A DNA stretch of 64,000 bases from Eledone cirrhosa (taxonomy: Eukaryota): positions 373,054,001 through 373,118,000 of the forward strand of contig OZ024743.1 of NCBI GenBank assembly GCA_964016885.1. The letters run 5' to 3'. Shown in pieces: positions 1 to 12,408 of this stretch (position 1 is its first letter; every line of letters begins with the position of its first letter). The translations under genes were made by a program, and so were the position numbers. Below the pieces are notes generated by a model, which made no database searches, was not told the DNA's origin, and saw only the letters and a program-made list of their open reading frames with translations.

Positions 1-321
1 CATGGGCTGTCCAGTGATATTTGTTGTTTTCCCACAGAGTTTGTATTGAAGGAATTTTTGAATTGAAGGAATGTTTGTATTGAAGGAATTTTTGTCCATT
101 AGAACACTTCTGTATCTGCGACATTCTCTTGACACTTAAAGCTTAACAATCCACGGAGAGATGTGGTGTGAAGATGATTCATCTGTTTGGTGTGTCTGCT
201 CTAAATACTCCATGTCTCACATGCAGAGAGGAGTATCAAGAGTACAACTGCTTTATAGTAATCCTGGTTATCTCTACAATCCCTGACTATAGAGAAGAGG
301 TCTTGAATTTGTGGTATAGAG

Positions 322-465
322 CAGGGGTCTCAAATATGTGGCCCACAAGCTACTTTTCTGTGGCCTGTGGCAAAACAATTTTTATAACTTATATTTTCTT
401 AAAACTTGGCAATTTGTCCCTCAGGACTTAACAGCCCTTTTGAGTACTTGAGTTTGAAACCCGTG
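322..465. mobile_element. hAT (Charlie-like) MITE
   Basis: Imperfect TIRs CAGGGGTCTCAAA / TTTGAAACCCGTG; 8-bp flanks gtatagag / ctatggag match 6 of 8 (decayed TSD). Confidence 0.6.
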
Positions 466-539
466 CTATGGAGCTTAGCCTCAAAATCCGAGCATGCTTT
501 AGCTATCTTGTAATTGACCTCATCATCAATGAGAACACA

Positions 540-800
540 GCTCTGATACTATGGGGGACATGTGGTTAGAATGTCTCAGGAAAGAACCACTGGACAGATT
601 TTATGGGCAAAACCAACTGGTAGGAGACCCAGGGGTAGACCTTGAGCAAGATGGATGGATAACATCTATGAGCTTGGCTGGTCTCACTTGGAGATCCAGC
701 TGGAGACGGTTGCATCTGACAGGGCCTGCTGGAGGGAGTGTTTGAGGACTCTGCCCCCACAGCCCTCTCAGGAATAAGTGAGTGAAGAAGAAGAGAAGAT
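540..800 (+). pseudogene. Decayed 3' end of an RTE-clade LINE ORF
   Basis: Reads LWAKPTGRRPRGRP*ARWMDNIYELGWSHL...VASDRACWRECL, the typical RTE C-terminus, with an internal stop. Confidence 0.65.
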
Positions 801-1279
801 CAATGTGGGCAAGTCTGAAAGAGAAAGCTACCAAGAAAGGAGATATTACATTTACTTCTCCACTGTCTGACGGCAGATATCTTTGACCATTATTTTTGAT
901 GATTTGGTGTACTCGTGACCTGGTGAGGGTTGCTACATCACTTCAGATTTTTTTAATTAATTAATAAACCAACAACCTAGATGCCATGTGCTGTCAAAAG
1001 CAACTAATTTGTTCTTTTTTTTTCTTTTCTTCTTTTTTACTTTTTTTTTTTTTTCATAGGAGTTCCATTCATAAGACTAAATGAATCCATAATCCTTTAG
1101 AGACCACTCAGTTTGTATGCAGCACTTTACTAACTCCTGATATTGGAGCAAAATGAAATCTCAACTACAGACCTGAGTGGCACCATCTATGCTTGCTCCA
1201 CTCCACTGCTTAATTGACCAAACCCACTTTTCACTGTCAACTGCTTTGCACATAAAACATGTAGGACCACTACTACTTC

Positions 1280-1280
<1 letters not shown>

Positions 1281-1341
<61 letters not shown>
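1281..1341. repeat. (CT)n microsatellite
   Basis: Directly visible. Confidence 0.95.
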
Positions 1342-1347
<6 letters not shown>

Positions 1348-2794
1348 ATTGATCTCTCTCTATCACTAAACAATACATTAGAATTATTAAAAGGTCTACC
1401 ATTTCTCTCTCTCTCTCACTCTCACTTTCAACTCTTTCTCTCTGTATATACATATAAATAAAGTCACCTGACAGCAAGAGCTCAGCCGTCAAGTCCTGAC
1501 TCTTTATAATATAGCCATACTCTACTACCCCAAGTATTGAGTACTCTGTTGAGTAATGATCTAACTAGTTTTAAACTGGTTCTATCCTAATATATATATA
1601 TGTAAATAAATAGATAGTATAATTTCAATGGAAGAGAGCCCTCCATTGGCATTATAGTATATATATTTATTTACTCTGCACCTAAACATGTATTGAGTAC
1701 TACCCTCATTTGTGGTCTTCACCATCCACGAACCATAAATACACCGTGTGTGTGTGTGTGTGTGTGTGTGTGTTGGGGTGGAGTGTAAAGCCACATGGCT
1801 TAATGATTAAAGTGTTTTGCTCAAGATTGTGAGTTTAATTCTCGGTGTCACGTTGTGTTTTTGAGCAAGACACTTTATTTCATGTTCTTCTTGTCCATTC
1901 AGCTGGTGAAAATATGTTACACACACTGTCCTGCTGAATCTCCCTGTATAAATACTCAGCCACTTAGATATTAATTTCGTCAGTAAGCTGTTCTATTGGT
2001 CAAACTACCAATGCACTGATCATTGGTATCCTATTTAAATTAAAACCCTCCAGAATTATTTGATACTAGCACCTTTTGTTGATTTATGCTGCAAATACCA
2101 ATCTTACCATCATCATCATTATCATCATTGTTTAATGTCCATTCTCCCTGCTAGCAAGGGTTGTATATGTCATTACAGACTGGTCAGTACTGAAGCAGAG
2201 GCACTGACCCCCTGGTGGACCGAGGGGCCTGACATATGTTCCTGCATTCTACCAAGTGAATTTTATCACAACACCAACACTAGGGAAGCTGTCATGTCTT
2301 TGATAAAGCTGAAGAATCTTCCCGATGCTTGATTCCCTTCCTATCACCAACAGCTTTACAGATTGTACTGGGTGAATTTATCATGTAGATCACATCATTG
2401 GAGAGGTTGTCATGTCTATAGCTTAGCTGAAGAGTCCTCCTGACACTTTGTTTGGCAGGTTTTCTACAACTGGATACCCTTCAACCACTCTACAGGGTGT
2501 ACTGGTTGCACTTATCATACAGAGTGGTTCAGTTTCTAAACAGCTATAGGTTCAACTTCGTGAATGGAACACATATGGAGTAAAATAATGAAATTCTGTT
2601 ATTATTTTCCCTGATAGCTTTAATACATACACATATGTCTAACCCATGCTAGTGTGGAAAGTGGACATTAAACGATGATGATGATGATGATGGCATGCAT
2701 TCACACACACAGCTGTAGTTTTTAATGTCGTGACATTTAACTGTTGGCCTAACTGGCCAGATGATGATGATTACTGAAGCTATAGTAATAAGCA

Positions 2795-2960
2795 GAGGCA
2801 TGGCTGTGTGGTTAAGGAGTTTGCTTCATAACCATGTAGTTTGGGGTTCAATCCCATTGTGTGGCATCATTGTCAAGTGTCTTTTACTGCATCCTTGGGT
2901 TGATTAATGCTTGTTTTAGTGATATTTAGTAGACAGAAACTGTTTGGAAGCTTATCAGCT
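2795..2960 (+). mobile_element. tRNA-derived SINE; related heads at ~1790-1910 (+), ~19150-19280 (+), ~37300-37452 (-)
   Basis: A-box-like TGGCTGTGTGG and B-box-like GGTTCAATCCC; the related copies carry a TTGAGCAAG body motif. Confidence 0.6.
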
Positions 2961-4425
2961 GGATTGTATCTGTAATTGAATGGCCAGCTTTGTCACATGG
3001 AATCTCCCCAAGAATTACATCAGTGGTACACATATCTGGAATGCTCAGCCACTTACTCTTTAATTTTATGAGAGGGTGTTCTATTAATCAAACAACTGAA
3101 ACACTCATTTTTAAAACTGATGAAGGTCAATTTATATATGTGTTTAGTATAGAACATGTATGAAACTGCAACTGTTTGTGGAGTTGTGGTGGAATACCCA
3201 GCAGAACCTATCCTCTCTCCAGGTCTGAACACAACCATTTTCTTCCATAGGTAGAGGAAGCAAGAAAGAGATATAGAGGAAGAATTTCCCCCATTACTGG
3301 ATACTGGACTAGGTACTTCTTTTTTATCAACCTTGAAAAGATGAAAGGCTAAGTCGACCTCAGTAGTTTTTGAACTCAGAGAGCCAGAAAAAATATCATA
3401 AAGCATTCTATTTGATGTTTTAATGACTCTGCCAATTCACTGCCTTTAGTATAGGACAAAAGATGGGAAAATGTTAGTATTTTAGAACCTTGGCATTAAC
3501 AGGAAGAGGATTGATCACTCTAGGAGGCTGATACCAAACTAAATTCTAGAATACTGTACACAATATAGTTCAACCCTTGCTAGCAAGGAAAGATGTTAAA
3601 CGGCGGGGAAGATGATGGTGGTCATGGTGATGATGAATATACCCAGATGGATGGAATGCAAAACTGGCCACTTAACACTAGAGAGGCCACAGTAGAAAGG
3701 TCAGTTCACCATCCATTTGTGGACTTTAACAAGCTGTGTTAGGACAAAACCACTTCCAACCATAAGAATAAGCTTTCTGAGAGAAGTTGTTAAGGTGCCT
3801 ATCAGTTCTCCACTAATGTTGATTAAAACCATTTCTCAGATATCACTAAAATGTAATTTTGTCCTCTGTCATATCAATAATGTCTATGACATGTTGATTT
3901 TTGAGACTTCTGATTTTAGACCATTCTTTCAGGTTTGGAATGTATTGTCTTCAACAAAATTTACAATCAGAACTAAGTCATGAGTATATAAAAGTTTTCA
4001 AGGACATTCAGTCCTGAACTACTGTTGCTATTACCTTAAGCAATACATTGAAAAAAATGTGGGCTATGAACAGAACCTTGGTAAACACCTACTAGCACTA
4101 AATATCACATGGAATTCACTGCCAACTCCCATGTTTCTGTTGTTGTTTTTTACTACATTAATACATGACTTCAATTAATACACAACTTCAGTAGCACTTA
4201 TGAGCCAACCATTTATACTTAACTTTCTCAGCATAGATCCCTGTTAAAAATCTCCTTGTCAATGAATGCAAACTAAAATTTAACTTATGGCTTCTATTAA
4301 ATCTACAATGGTTCTTTCAATTACTTTTATAACTTTATTATAATTTCTAAAGCTGAAGTGATATACCAGCCCTCTCCAGGTCAAGAGCCTATTGACTTGA
4401 TGCCTCTATATTTCTACAGTTCTTT

Positions 4426-4730
4426 TCCAGTGCACCCCCTGCCCCCTCTGCGCTTTTTGTTGTTTGTGATGCTGCTGCTATGTTAGTCGATGTGATAGCA
4501 CTTTGCTGCAGAGCTGATATCTGATATTTTCCATGCACCCCTCCCTTTGCTCTTGTTGTTTATGATGATGCAACTATGTTAGTTGATGTGATAACACCTT
4601 CCTGTACTGCACAGCTGACATCTGATATTCTCCAGTGCACCCCCACTTGCTGCTCTTTTTGTTTGTGATGCTGTTTGTCATGTTAATCATTGTGATAGCA
4701 CCTTCCTTTACAGCCGATATTGTCTGATAT
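4426..4730. repeat. Degenerate ~100-bp tandem repeat, 3 copies
   Basis: Recurring (g)tgcacccc...ttgtttgtgatg...atgttag...tgtgatagcac...gctgatatctgatat blocks. Confidence 0.75.
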
Positions 4731-4785
4731 ATCAGAATCTCTGCAACTATCCCTGGTGGACATGCACTTTTTTTGTTCTGTCTTT

Positions 4786-5043
4786 ATCCCTTTCATTGCC
4801 ATATTTCTAATGAAAGACACTGCCTATAATTTTCAAATAATTTTGAAAATAATCAAGAATTTGGAGGGATTTAGTAATATAACTAACTCATTCATGATTA
4901 AGTTGGTTTTTGGAAAATAACTTAATAAAGGTTCTTATATAGAACTATGATGGAAAGTTTTTAGATAAATATAAATACTTTAAAACAAACAGTTTTGCAT
5001 AATAGTACCAAGGGTTGTTTCAGGTGGTTTGGTATCAAAAGAG
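4786..5043. mobile_element. TTAA-flanked piggyBac-like MITE, family 1 (decayed copy)
   Basis: Body aligns with 34397-34637 (taatgaaagacactgccta...ggtatcaaaa). Confidence 0.65.
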
Positions 5044-6469
5044 TTAAATTGCGTAACTAACCATGCTTGACAGCTAATTCCATTTAGGTAAATTTTCATT
5101 ATTTCATCTTATACCTGTTATACTCCTTAGACAACAACTTATAGAAGCACTTTCATATCTCTTTCTTTTCATTGTCACTAATAGTAAGTGAGGCAGCAAA
5201 TTGGTAGAATCATTGGAACATCAGATAGAATGTTTTGCATTCTTTGAGTTCAAATCCTGTTGAGGTCGATACAAAAGTACCATTCCAGTACTGGGGTTGA
5301 TTCTTATTCTATATTTCACTTTCTTTCTATCTCTATCTCTCTCTTCTGGAAGAAATCGACTATGTTCAGACCTGGAGAGGGGATAAGCTCTGCCATGTTT
5401 AAAATGTCCAACACATACTGCATGTTACAATGGTGCCTCTATGACTCCATCAGGAGTAATAAGTCCATAAATATATACATTAGTAAGTTTGCTGATATTG
5501 TTTGAAACACAATTGGGATTGTTTTATGGCAAACAAGGATTGGCCATACTTAATATGTTCAATACTAACTCATGAAGTATCAGTTCTGTTAATGAAATCA
5601 TTGTTGTTTAATTATTCAATTTGGCACACCCTTTTTTATTGAAAATAATTATTAATACAGTGGACTGAGTGTTTTATTTACTTTGGCATCAGTATATATA
5701 TATATATATTAGTTTGGCAGATTAAATAATCCTCTTTAATCTGTGTTATCAGTATTTCAGTGTCTAGCAGATGAAAAGGCCTTCTCTAATCCATGGCATC
5801 TGTATTAAATCAAAGTGTCTCTCAGGTTAAATAACCCTCTCTAATCCTAGGCATCAGTTTTGTTCTGAAATGGCTACCTTACCTCCCATCTCTTCTCTCC
5901 ACTCTATGGTAATAATAAAAATGTCTTTTCCTACACTGATGGGGTTTCTATGTAATAACCATTTTATTCACTGAGACAATAGAAATCATATTTTCGCTTC
6001 ATAGTATTTAAGAGAAGGCAGAGATTAAAGAGATGTGTGGATGGATGCAGGGCTGGATTTAATGGGGGAGCAAAAGGAGCAATTGCCCCGGGACCCCTAC
6101 AATGGGGAAGCCCTACCAGCGACGGCTGTAGCAATTTATTTATGCCCTCAGCTGGGATTTTTAGTTTTAAGATGGTTAGAATTTTTTAATTTAATACCTG
6201 TGTATGTAACTTTTCAATTCCAATTACGTGCGCCAAGTTGGGATGTGTAATATTGGGGGGTTTGCTGTGTATGAGCCCCCATTATCTCCCATTATCCCAC
6301 ATCTCACAGGCTCTGGAACTCACTGTCACTATCACTATAGCAGGCTCTGGAACACACACACACAATAGGTATACTGCTGTTGGTGTACTTCTTTTCTACA
6401 TATTGTGCATAGTCATTTCCCTGATAGTGGCAGAGTCTTAGCCTCTTTCTTGCTGACTAAAACGAGACA

Positions 6470-6630
6470 TAGAAAAAGTCTATACTTAGGATTTCTTGGC
6501 ATGACCACATCACAAATGAAGAGGTTATGGAAAGGTCCCAGCTGAGTAATGTGTGGAATACTATCAATATACAATAGCAGATGATGGGCCTGGCTTAGGA
6601 GCAGGCTTGTGTCAAGGTTTGCAACCATGT
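6470..6630 (+). pseudogene. Decayed LINE (RTE-like) ORF fragment
   Basis: Reads ILRISWHDHITNEEVMERSQL, a common post-RT LINE motif. Confidence 0.55.
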
Positions 6631-7388
6631 AGAATGGAGATCTAATTGCTCAAATACTTCATAAGGAGTAAAAGGATCTAAAGAAGAATTAATTGTATTA
6701 GAAAACATTTTAATTGGAAAAAAAAGAAAATCATTCATGAAATTCCGTATTTATATCATTATCATCATCACCGTCATTTTTATATATCTATTTGTCCATA
6801 CCAGTTAAATCATCTCTAATGACACGCAGGGATACTGTGTACATGTTCAAAAATGGATACAATTATTAGATTGCAACAGCATTAATCAACTTCACAATAT
6901 GGCAGGTCATTTATTATTACAAATACGATATTATGTCATAATTAATCTGGGACCATTCATTAGTTATTTTACAATTAAAAAAATAAGTTTGACTTTTATC
7001 TCCAGATTAAACACCATACAATTCTAAATATATAATAATTTGATCAGCTCACTCTGTTTAATGTGTGTTGTATATTTAGAACAGTCTGCTTTCAAATGTT
7101 TTCTTACTACTGTTACTCTATCACAAAACCACCTTTCGATTTTCAGATAAAATAGCCAATAAGGATTTAAGGGGGATTCAGTGTGGTCATTAGACCTGCT
7201 AGAAATAGTAGCAAAATCCACCTCAAATCATATCCTATCATCATCATCATCATCAATTTATGTTTGCTTTTCTTGCTAGCATGGGTTGGATAGGCTGAGA
7301 AACCTTCTCATGCTCATACATTCTGTTTTTAGCATGGTTTCTATGGCTAAATGTCCTTCCTAACACCAAACACTTCACAGAATGTACT

Positions 7389-8650
7389 GTGTATATTATT
7401 GTGAAAACCAGCACTATTACTTTACAGATTGGGCAGAGTGTATATTATTGTGATACCAGCACTACCACTTTACAGATTGGGCAGAGTGTATATTATTGTG
7501 ATACCAGCACTACCACTTTACAGATTGGACAGGGTATATATTATTGTGACACCAGCACTACCACTTTACAGTTTGGACAGGGTGTATATTATTGTGACAC
7601 CAGCACTACCACTTTACAGTTTGGACAAGGTGTATATTATTGTGACACCAGCACTACCACTTTACAGTTTGGACAAGGTGTATATTATTGTGACACCAGC
7701 ACTACCACTTTACAGTTTGGACAAGGTGTATATTATTGTGACACCAGCACTACCACTTTACAGATTGGACAGAGTGTATATTATTGTGATACCAGCACTA
7801 CCACTTTACAGATTGGGCAGAGTGTATATTATTGTGATACCAGCACTACCACTTTACAGATTGGGCAGAGTGTATATTATTGTGATACCAGCACTACCAC
7901 TTTACAGATTGGGCAGAGTGTATATTATTGTGATACCAGCACTACCACTTTACAGATTGGACAGGGTATATATTATTGTGATACCAGCACTACCACTTTA
8001 CAGTTTGGACAGGGTGTATATTATTGTGACACCAGCACTACCACTTTACAGTTTGGACAAGGTGTATATTATTGTGACACCAGCACTACCACTTTACAGA
8101 TTGGGCAGAGTGTATATTATTGTGATACCAGCACTACCACTTTACAGATTGGGCAGAGTGTATATTATTGTGATACCAGCACTACCACTTTACAGATTGG
8201 GCAGAGTGTATATTATTGTGATACCAGCACTACCACTTTACAGATTGGGCAGAGTGTATATTATTGTGATACCAGCACTACCACTTTACAGATTGGACAG
8301 GGTGTATATTATTGTGACACCAGCACTACCACTTTACAGTTTGGACAAGGTGTATATTATTGTGACACCAGCACTACCACTTTACAGATTGGACAGGGTA
8401 TATGTTATTGTGATACCAGCACTACCACTTTACAGATTGGGCAGAGTGTATATTATTGTGACACCAGCACTACCACTTTACAGATTGGGCAGAGTGTATA
8501 TTATTGTGATACCAGCACTACCACTTTACAGATTGGGCAGAGTGTATATTATTGTGATACCAGCACTACCACTTTACAGATTGGGCAGAGTGTATATTAT
8601 TGTGATACCAGCACTACCACTTTACAGTTTGAACAGGGTGTATTATTATA
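7389..8650. repeat. 48-bp minisatellite, about 26 copies
   Basis: Unit gtgtatattattgtga(t/c)accagcactaccactttacag(a/t)ttgg(g/a)ca(g/a)(a/g); explains the 16-aa periodic ORFs. Confidence 0.97.
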
Positions 8651-9902
8651 ATACCAGACCCAGAGAGGTGTTATGTCTTAAAAAACAAATAAGAAAGAAA
8701 GAAAATTGTCCCAAACCTAACAAAACATAATTGTCTGATGGTAGAGGAGGGGTAAAGAAGTGCCAGGAGTTCCAAGTGGAAGAAAGCTGTGAAAGAGTAA
8801 GACCAAGGAAGACATAGGTAGATGTAGTGAAAGCTGATTTCACGATCCTGAATCTTACAAAGAAGATGACAAAAGAAAAAGACAAGTAGCAAGCATGACA
8901 CTGTTTTGGAGTTAACCTGTCCATCCTATATAAACATTGGAAAGAGGAAGTAAAGGACATTAGATAATATAGTCCTTGATACACTATGCCAGATTAAAGA
9001 CAGGATTGTCACAGGAGGACTATCTTTGATTATGGATCTTCTCGATCAGGGTTGACCTGGGACGAAGCAACAAGGTATTCAGTAATTAAGACAATAGAGA
9101 GAACAAGTATTTCTTTATTACCAGATAATACTGTCTGTAATTGCTAATTAGTGAATTCTAATTAAAATTGGCAATCATTAAACTACAGTAGTAAAATTGC
9201 AAATGCAGATGCAATTAATTGCAATTTATATCTAGGGCAAGTCTTCCATAAATTTTGAATTCTATGAAAATTTAACTCTTATTTATCATCCTCTTGGCAA
9301 ATAAGTGGAGATAATGTAGGAGTGAGAGGTACTGCTAATGACAGAAGAACCTCTTTTGTGTTGGTGCTACAAAATAGACTTGGTGTAGACTGTAAAGTGG
9401 TTGGTCATAGGAAGGGCATCTAACCATAGAAACCAAGCCAAAAATTGAAACATTTTGAGGGAGATGTCATCTCCTGACCCATCTAGGAAAGTGATAATTT
9501 GTAATAAGAATTTCATATTAGCCAGCACTTCAATAGTTTGTATAGAAGACTATATATATATCATCATCATCATCATCGTTTAACATCCATTTTCAACACT
9601 AGCATGGATAAGACATGTGGATATATATATATTATAAAGAGTCAGGACCCCGACGATTGAGCTCTTGCAGTTTCAATTTATATATATATCATCATCATCG
9701 TTTAACATCTATATATATATATCGTCATCATCTTCATCATCATCATGTAACATCCATATGTATATGCTCTGTTATATATGTCACCATTTTCTTCTATCTG
9801 TTCCATATTTCTATCTATAATAAGATAAACACATTGAGCTTAAATATATTGATTGTCAATTTTAATTCTCTTTAGTTAATTCTGTATGTGTGTGTGTGTA
9901 TA

Positions 9903-9937
<35 letters not shown>

Positions 9938-9940
<3 letters not shown>

Positions 9941-10320
9941 TCATCATCATCATCATTTTACGTCCGTTCTTCCACGCTAGCATGGGTTAAACGGGTTGTC
10001 CTGGTGTGGGCAGTGTCCGGTCGGCTGACCTTGTCTTGCTCATACGGGAACTGATTCTGGCTTGATTTCTACAGCTGGATGCCCTTCCTAACACCAACCT
10101 CATTTACAGTGAGTGCTGGGTGCTTTTTTGCCGTGGCGCCTACACGTCCACTTTACAGTGTGGGCTGGGTGCTTTTTTGCCGTGGCACCTCCATGACCAC
10201 TTTGCAGTAGGAGGGTGTGGGGGCATATTGTCTATATGCTTCAGCTTCGGGTTGCACCCATGGGGGGGTCGGGTCTTCTGTATTACTGTGTGACACCAGA
10301 GGTCACGGTCGTATGTCATC
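9938..10320 (-). mobile_element. 5'-truncated RTE copy (3' UTR plus (CAT)n tail)
   Basis: Close match to 12101-12480. Similar stubs at ~19285, ~31680-31800 (+), ~33525, ~37110 and ~63828. Confidence 0.85.
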
Positions 10321-10321
10321 G

Positions 10322-10382
<61 letters not shown>

Positions 10383-10409
10383 ATATCCATATAGTTAGTT
10401 TCTCTTCAT

Positions 10410-10760
10410 CATCATCATTTTTACATCTACTTTTCCACACTTGCATAGGCTGAACGGGTCCTTCTCAGCACGGCATCCCTTCATTTGCTGTGCTCCTTCG
10501 TCATCTCCTCCATGAGTCTCAGCGGTTTGAAGTCAGCTCTCACCACCTCTGCTCAGGTCTTCCTTGGTCTACCTCTACTTCGGCTTTCTTCCACTGGGAT
10601 TTCTTGGCATTTCTTCACCCAGCCATCATCATCCATGTGCATCACATGTCCATACCAATGCAGTTTTCTTTCCTGCACACCATCTCGGATTCCTCTTAAA
10701 CCCAGCTTTTCCCTCACCTTGTCCAAGCTCTGCCTTTCTCTCACCCTTACATGTGCTATA
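10410..10760 (-). pseudogene. RTE LINE 3' fragment
   Basis: Reads REKLGLRGIRDGVQERKLHWYGHVMHMDDDGWVKKC...RGRPRKT. Confidence 0.85.
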
Positions 10761-10994
10761 TGTGTGTGTGTGTACACCCCATTCCCAGTTGTTAGCTGCC
10801 GGGACACTGCATCCTTCAAAACTTCCATGCTTCCTGAAATTTGCCAACACTACACCTGATATTCCCCCTCCATACACATGCACACATGTGTCTGAGTCTG
10901 TGTGTATATCATGACTCATACACTGTTAACTTTCCTGACATTTGTACATTATTCTATGTATTATACATGCACCTTTGATGAGTGGTAGTGCATA

Positions 10995-11722
10995 GAGGGC
11001 CGGAAGCTATGCTTTGCAGCATAGAGTTATGGCCCTTTGCGTTCCAGGTTCAAATCCTGCCGAGGTTAACTTTGCCTTTCATCCTTACGGGGTCGATAAA
11101 ATAAAGTACCAGTAATGCTCTGGGATAATTTCTGGCCTTGTGTCAAAAGAGGAAACAATTATTAAAATATAATTCAGTTGAAAATTTTTTTTGTTCATAT
11201 AATTCCCCCCTGCCTCCATTATCAATACATTATCATTATTGATAACATATGTGTATTCCAAATATACAATTGAAATATTTGTTTGTTTGTTTTTTTACTT
11301 TAAGCTAATATACATTTCTATTTTTCAAAATAGTTTTCATTTCATTATGTATTAAGGGCAGTGGATTAGCAGAATCGGTTGATCATCGGACAACATGCTT
11401 TGCGGCATAGAGTTACGGCCCTTTGCATTCTGATTTTAAATCCCACCGAGGTTAGCTTTGCCTTTCATCCTTAAGGGGTCGATAAAATAAAGTACCAGTA
11501 ATGCACTGGGGTTGATTTAATAGACTTTTCCCTCCCCGAAATTGCTGGCCTTGTGCCTAAATCAGAAACCATTATGTATAAGCAGCACTAGATCCGAGGG
11601 TTCATTAGAGCCTTGGACAGAATACTTTGCAGCATTTAGTTATATCTCTTTATGTTCTGAGTTCAAATCCTATCGAGGTTAACTTTACCTTTTATCCTTA
11701 CAAGGCTGATAAAATAAAGTTC
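10995..11722 (+). mobile_element. Three tRNA-derived SINEs with a Nin-like central domain
   Basis: B-box GTTCAAATCC followed by conserved gcctttcatccttacggggtcgataaaataaagtaccag. Confidence 0.8.
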
Positions 11723-12408
11723 ATTTAAGCCCCAACTCTCTTGATATATACATGCAAATGTGGTGTGTGTTTGTTTATGTATGGGTGCATGTCTACACAA
11801 GAGTGTGATTGCGTGTGTGTGCATGTACATGCTTGCACACATGCATGAATATATATGTGTGTATGTGTGTGTGTGTGTATATATATATATGGTGTTAAGA
11901 GGAGCATCAAAGCCATAGAAACCAAACCAAAATGAAAGATATGAGCAAAGACTGGCCTAGCCTCAGAACATGATAACCCATCTAACCTATGCAAGCATGG
12001 AAATTAGACATTAAACAGTGATAATGATGTAATATATATCATCATCATCATTAACGTCCATTTTCCACGCTAGCATGGGCTATATATATATATATATTAT
12101 ATCATCATCATCATCATCATCACCGTTTTACGTCCGTTCTTCCACGCTAGCATGGGTTAGACGGGTTGTCCTGTTGTGGGCAGTGTCTGGTCGGCTGACC
12201 ATGCCTTGCTCATACAGGAACTGATCTGGCTTGATTTCTACAGCTGGATGCCCTTCCTAACACCAACCTCATTTACAGTGAGTGCTGGGTGCTTTTTCGT
12301 GGCGCCTACACGTCCACTTTACAGTGTGGGCTGGGTGCTTTTTTGCCGTGGCACCTCCACGACCACCTTGCGGTGGGGGGGGGGGGGGGGGCATATTGTT
12401 TATATGCT

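Noticed and set aside
6048-6314. Possible hAT element starting CAGGGCTGGATTTA
   Set aside because: No convincing matching right TIR or TSD.
7389-8730. 420/433-aa repeat ORFs; also a superficial CRISPR-like periodicity
   Set aside because: A 48-bp minisatellite with no unique spacers and no cas genes, in a eukaryotic context; the open frames follow from the unit length.
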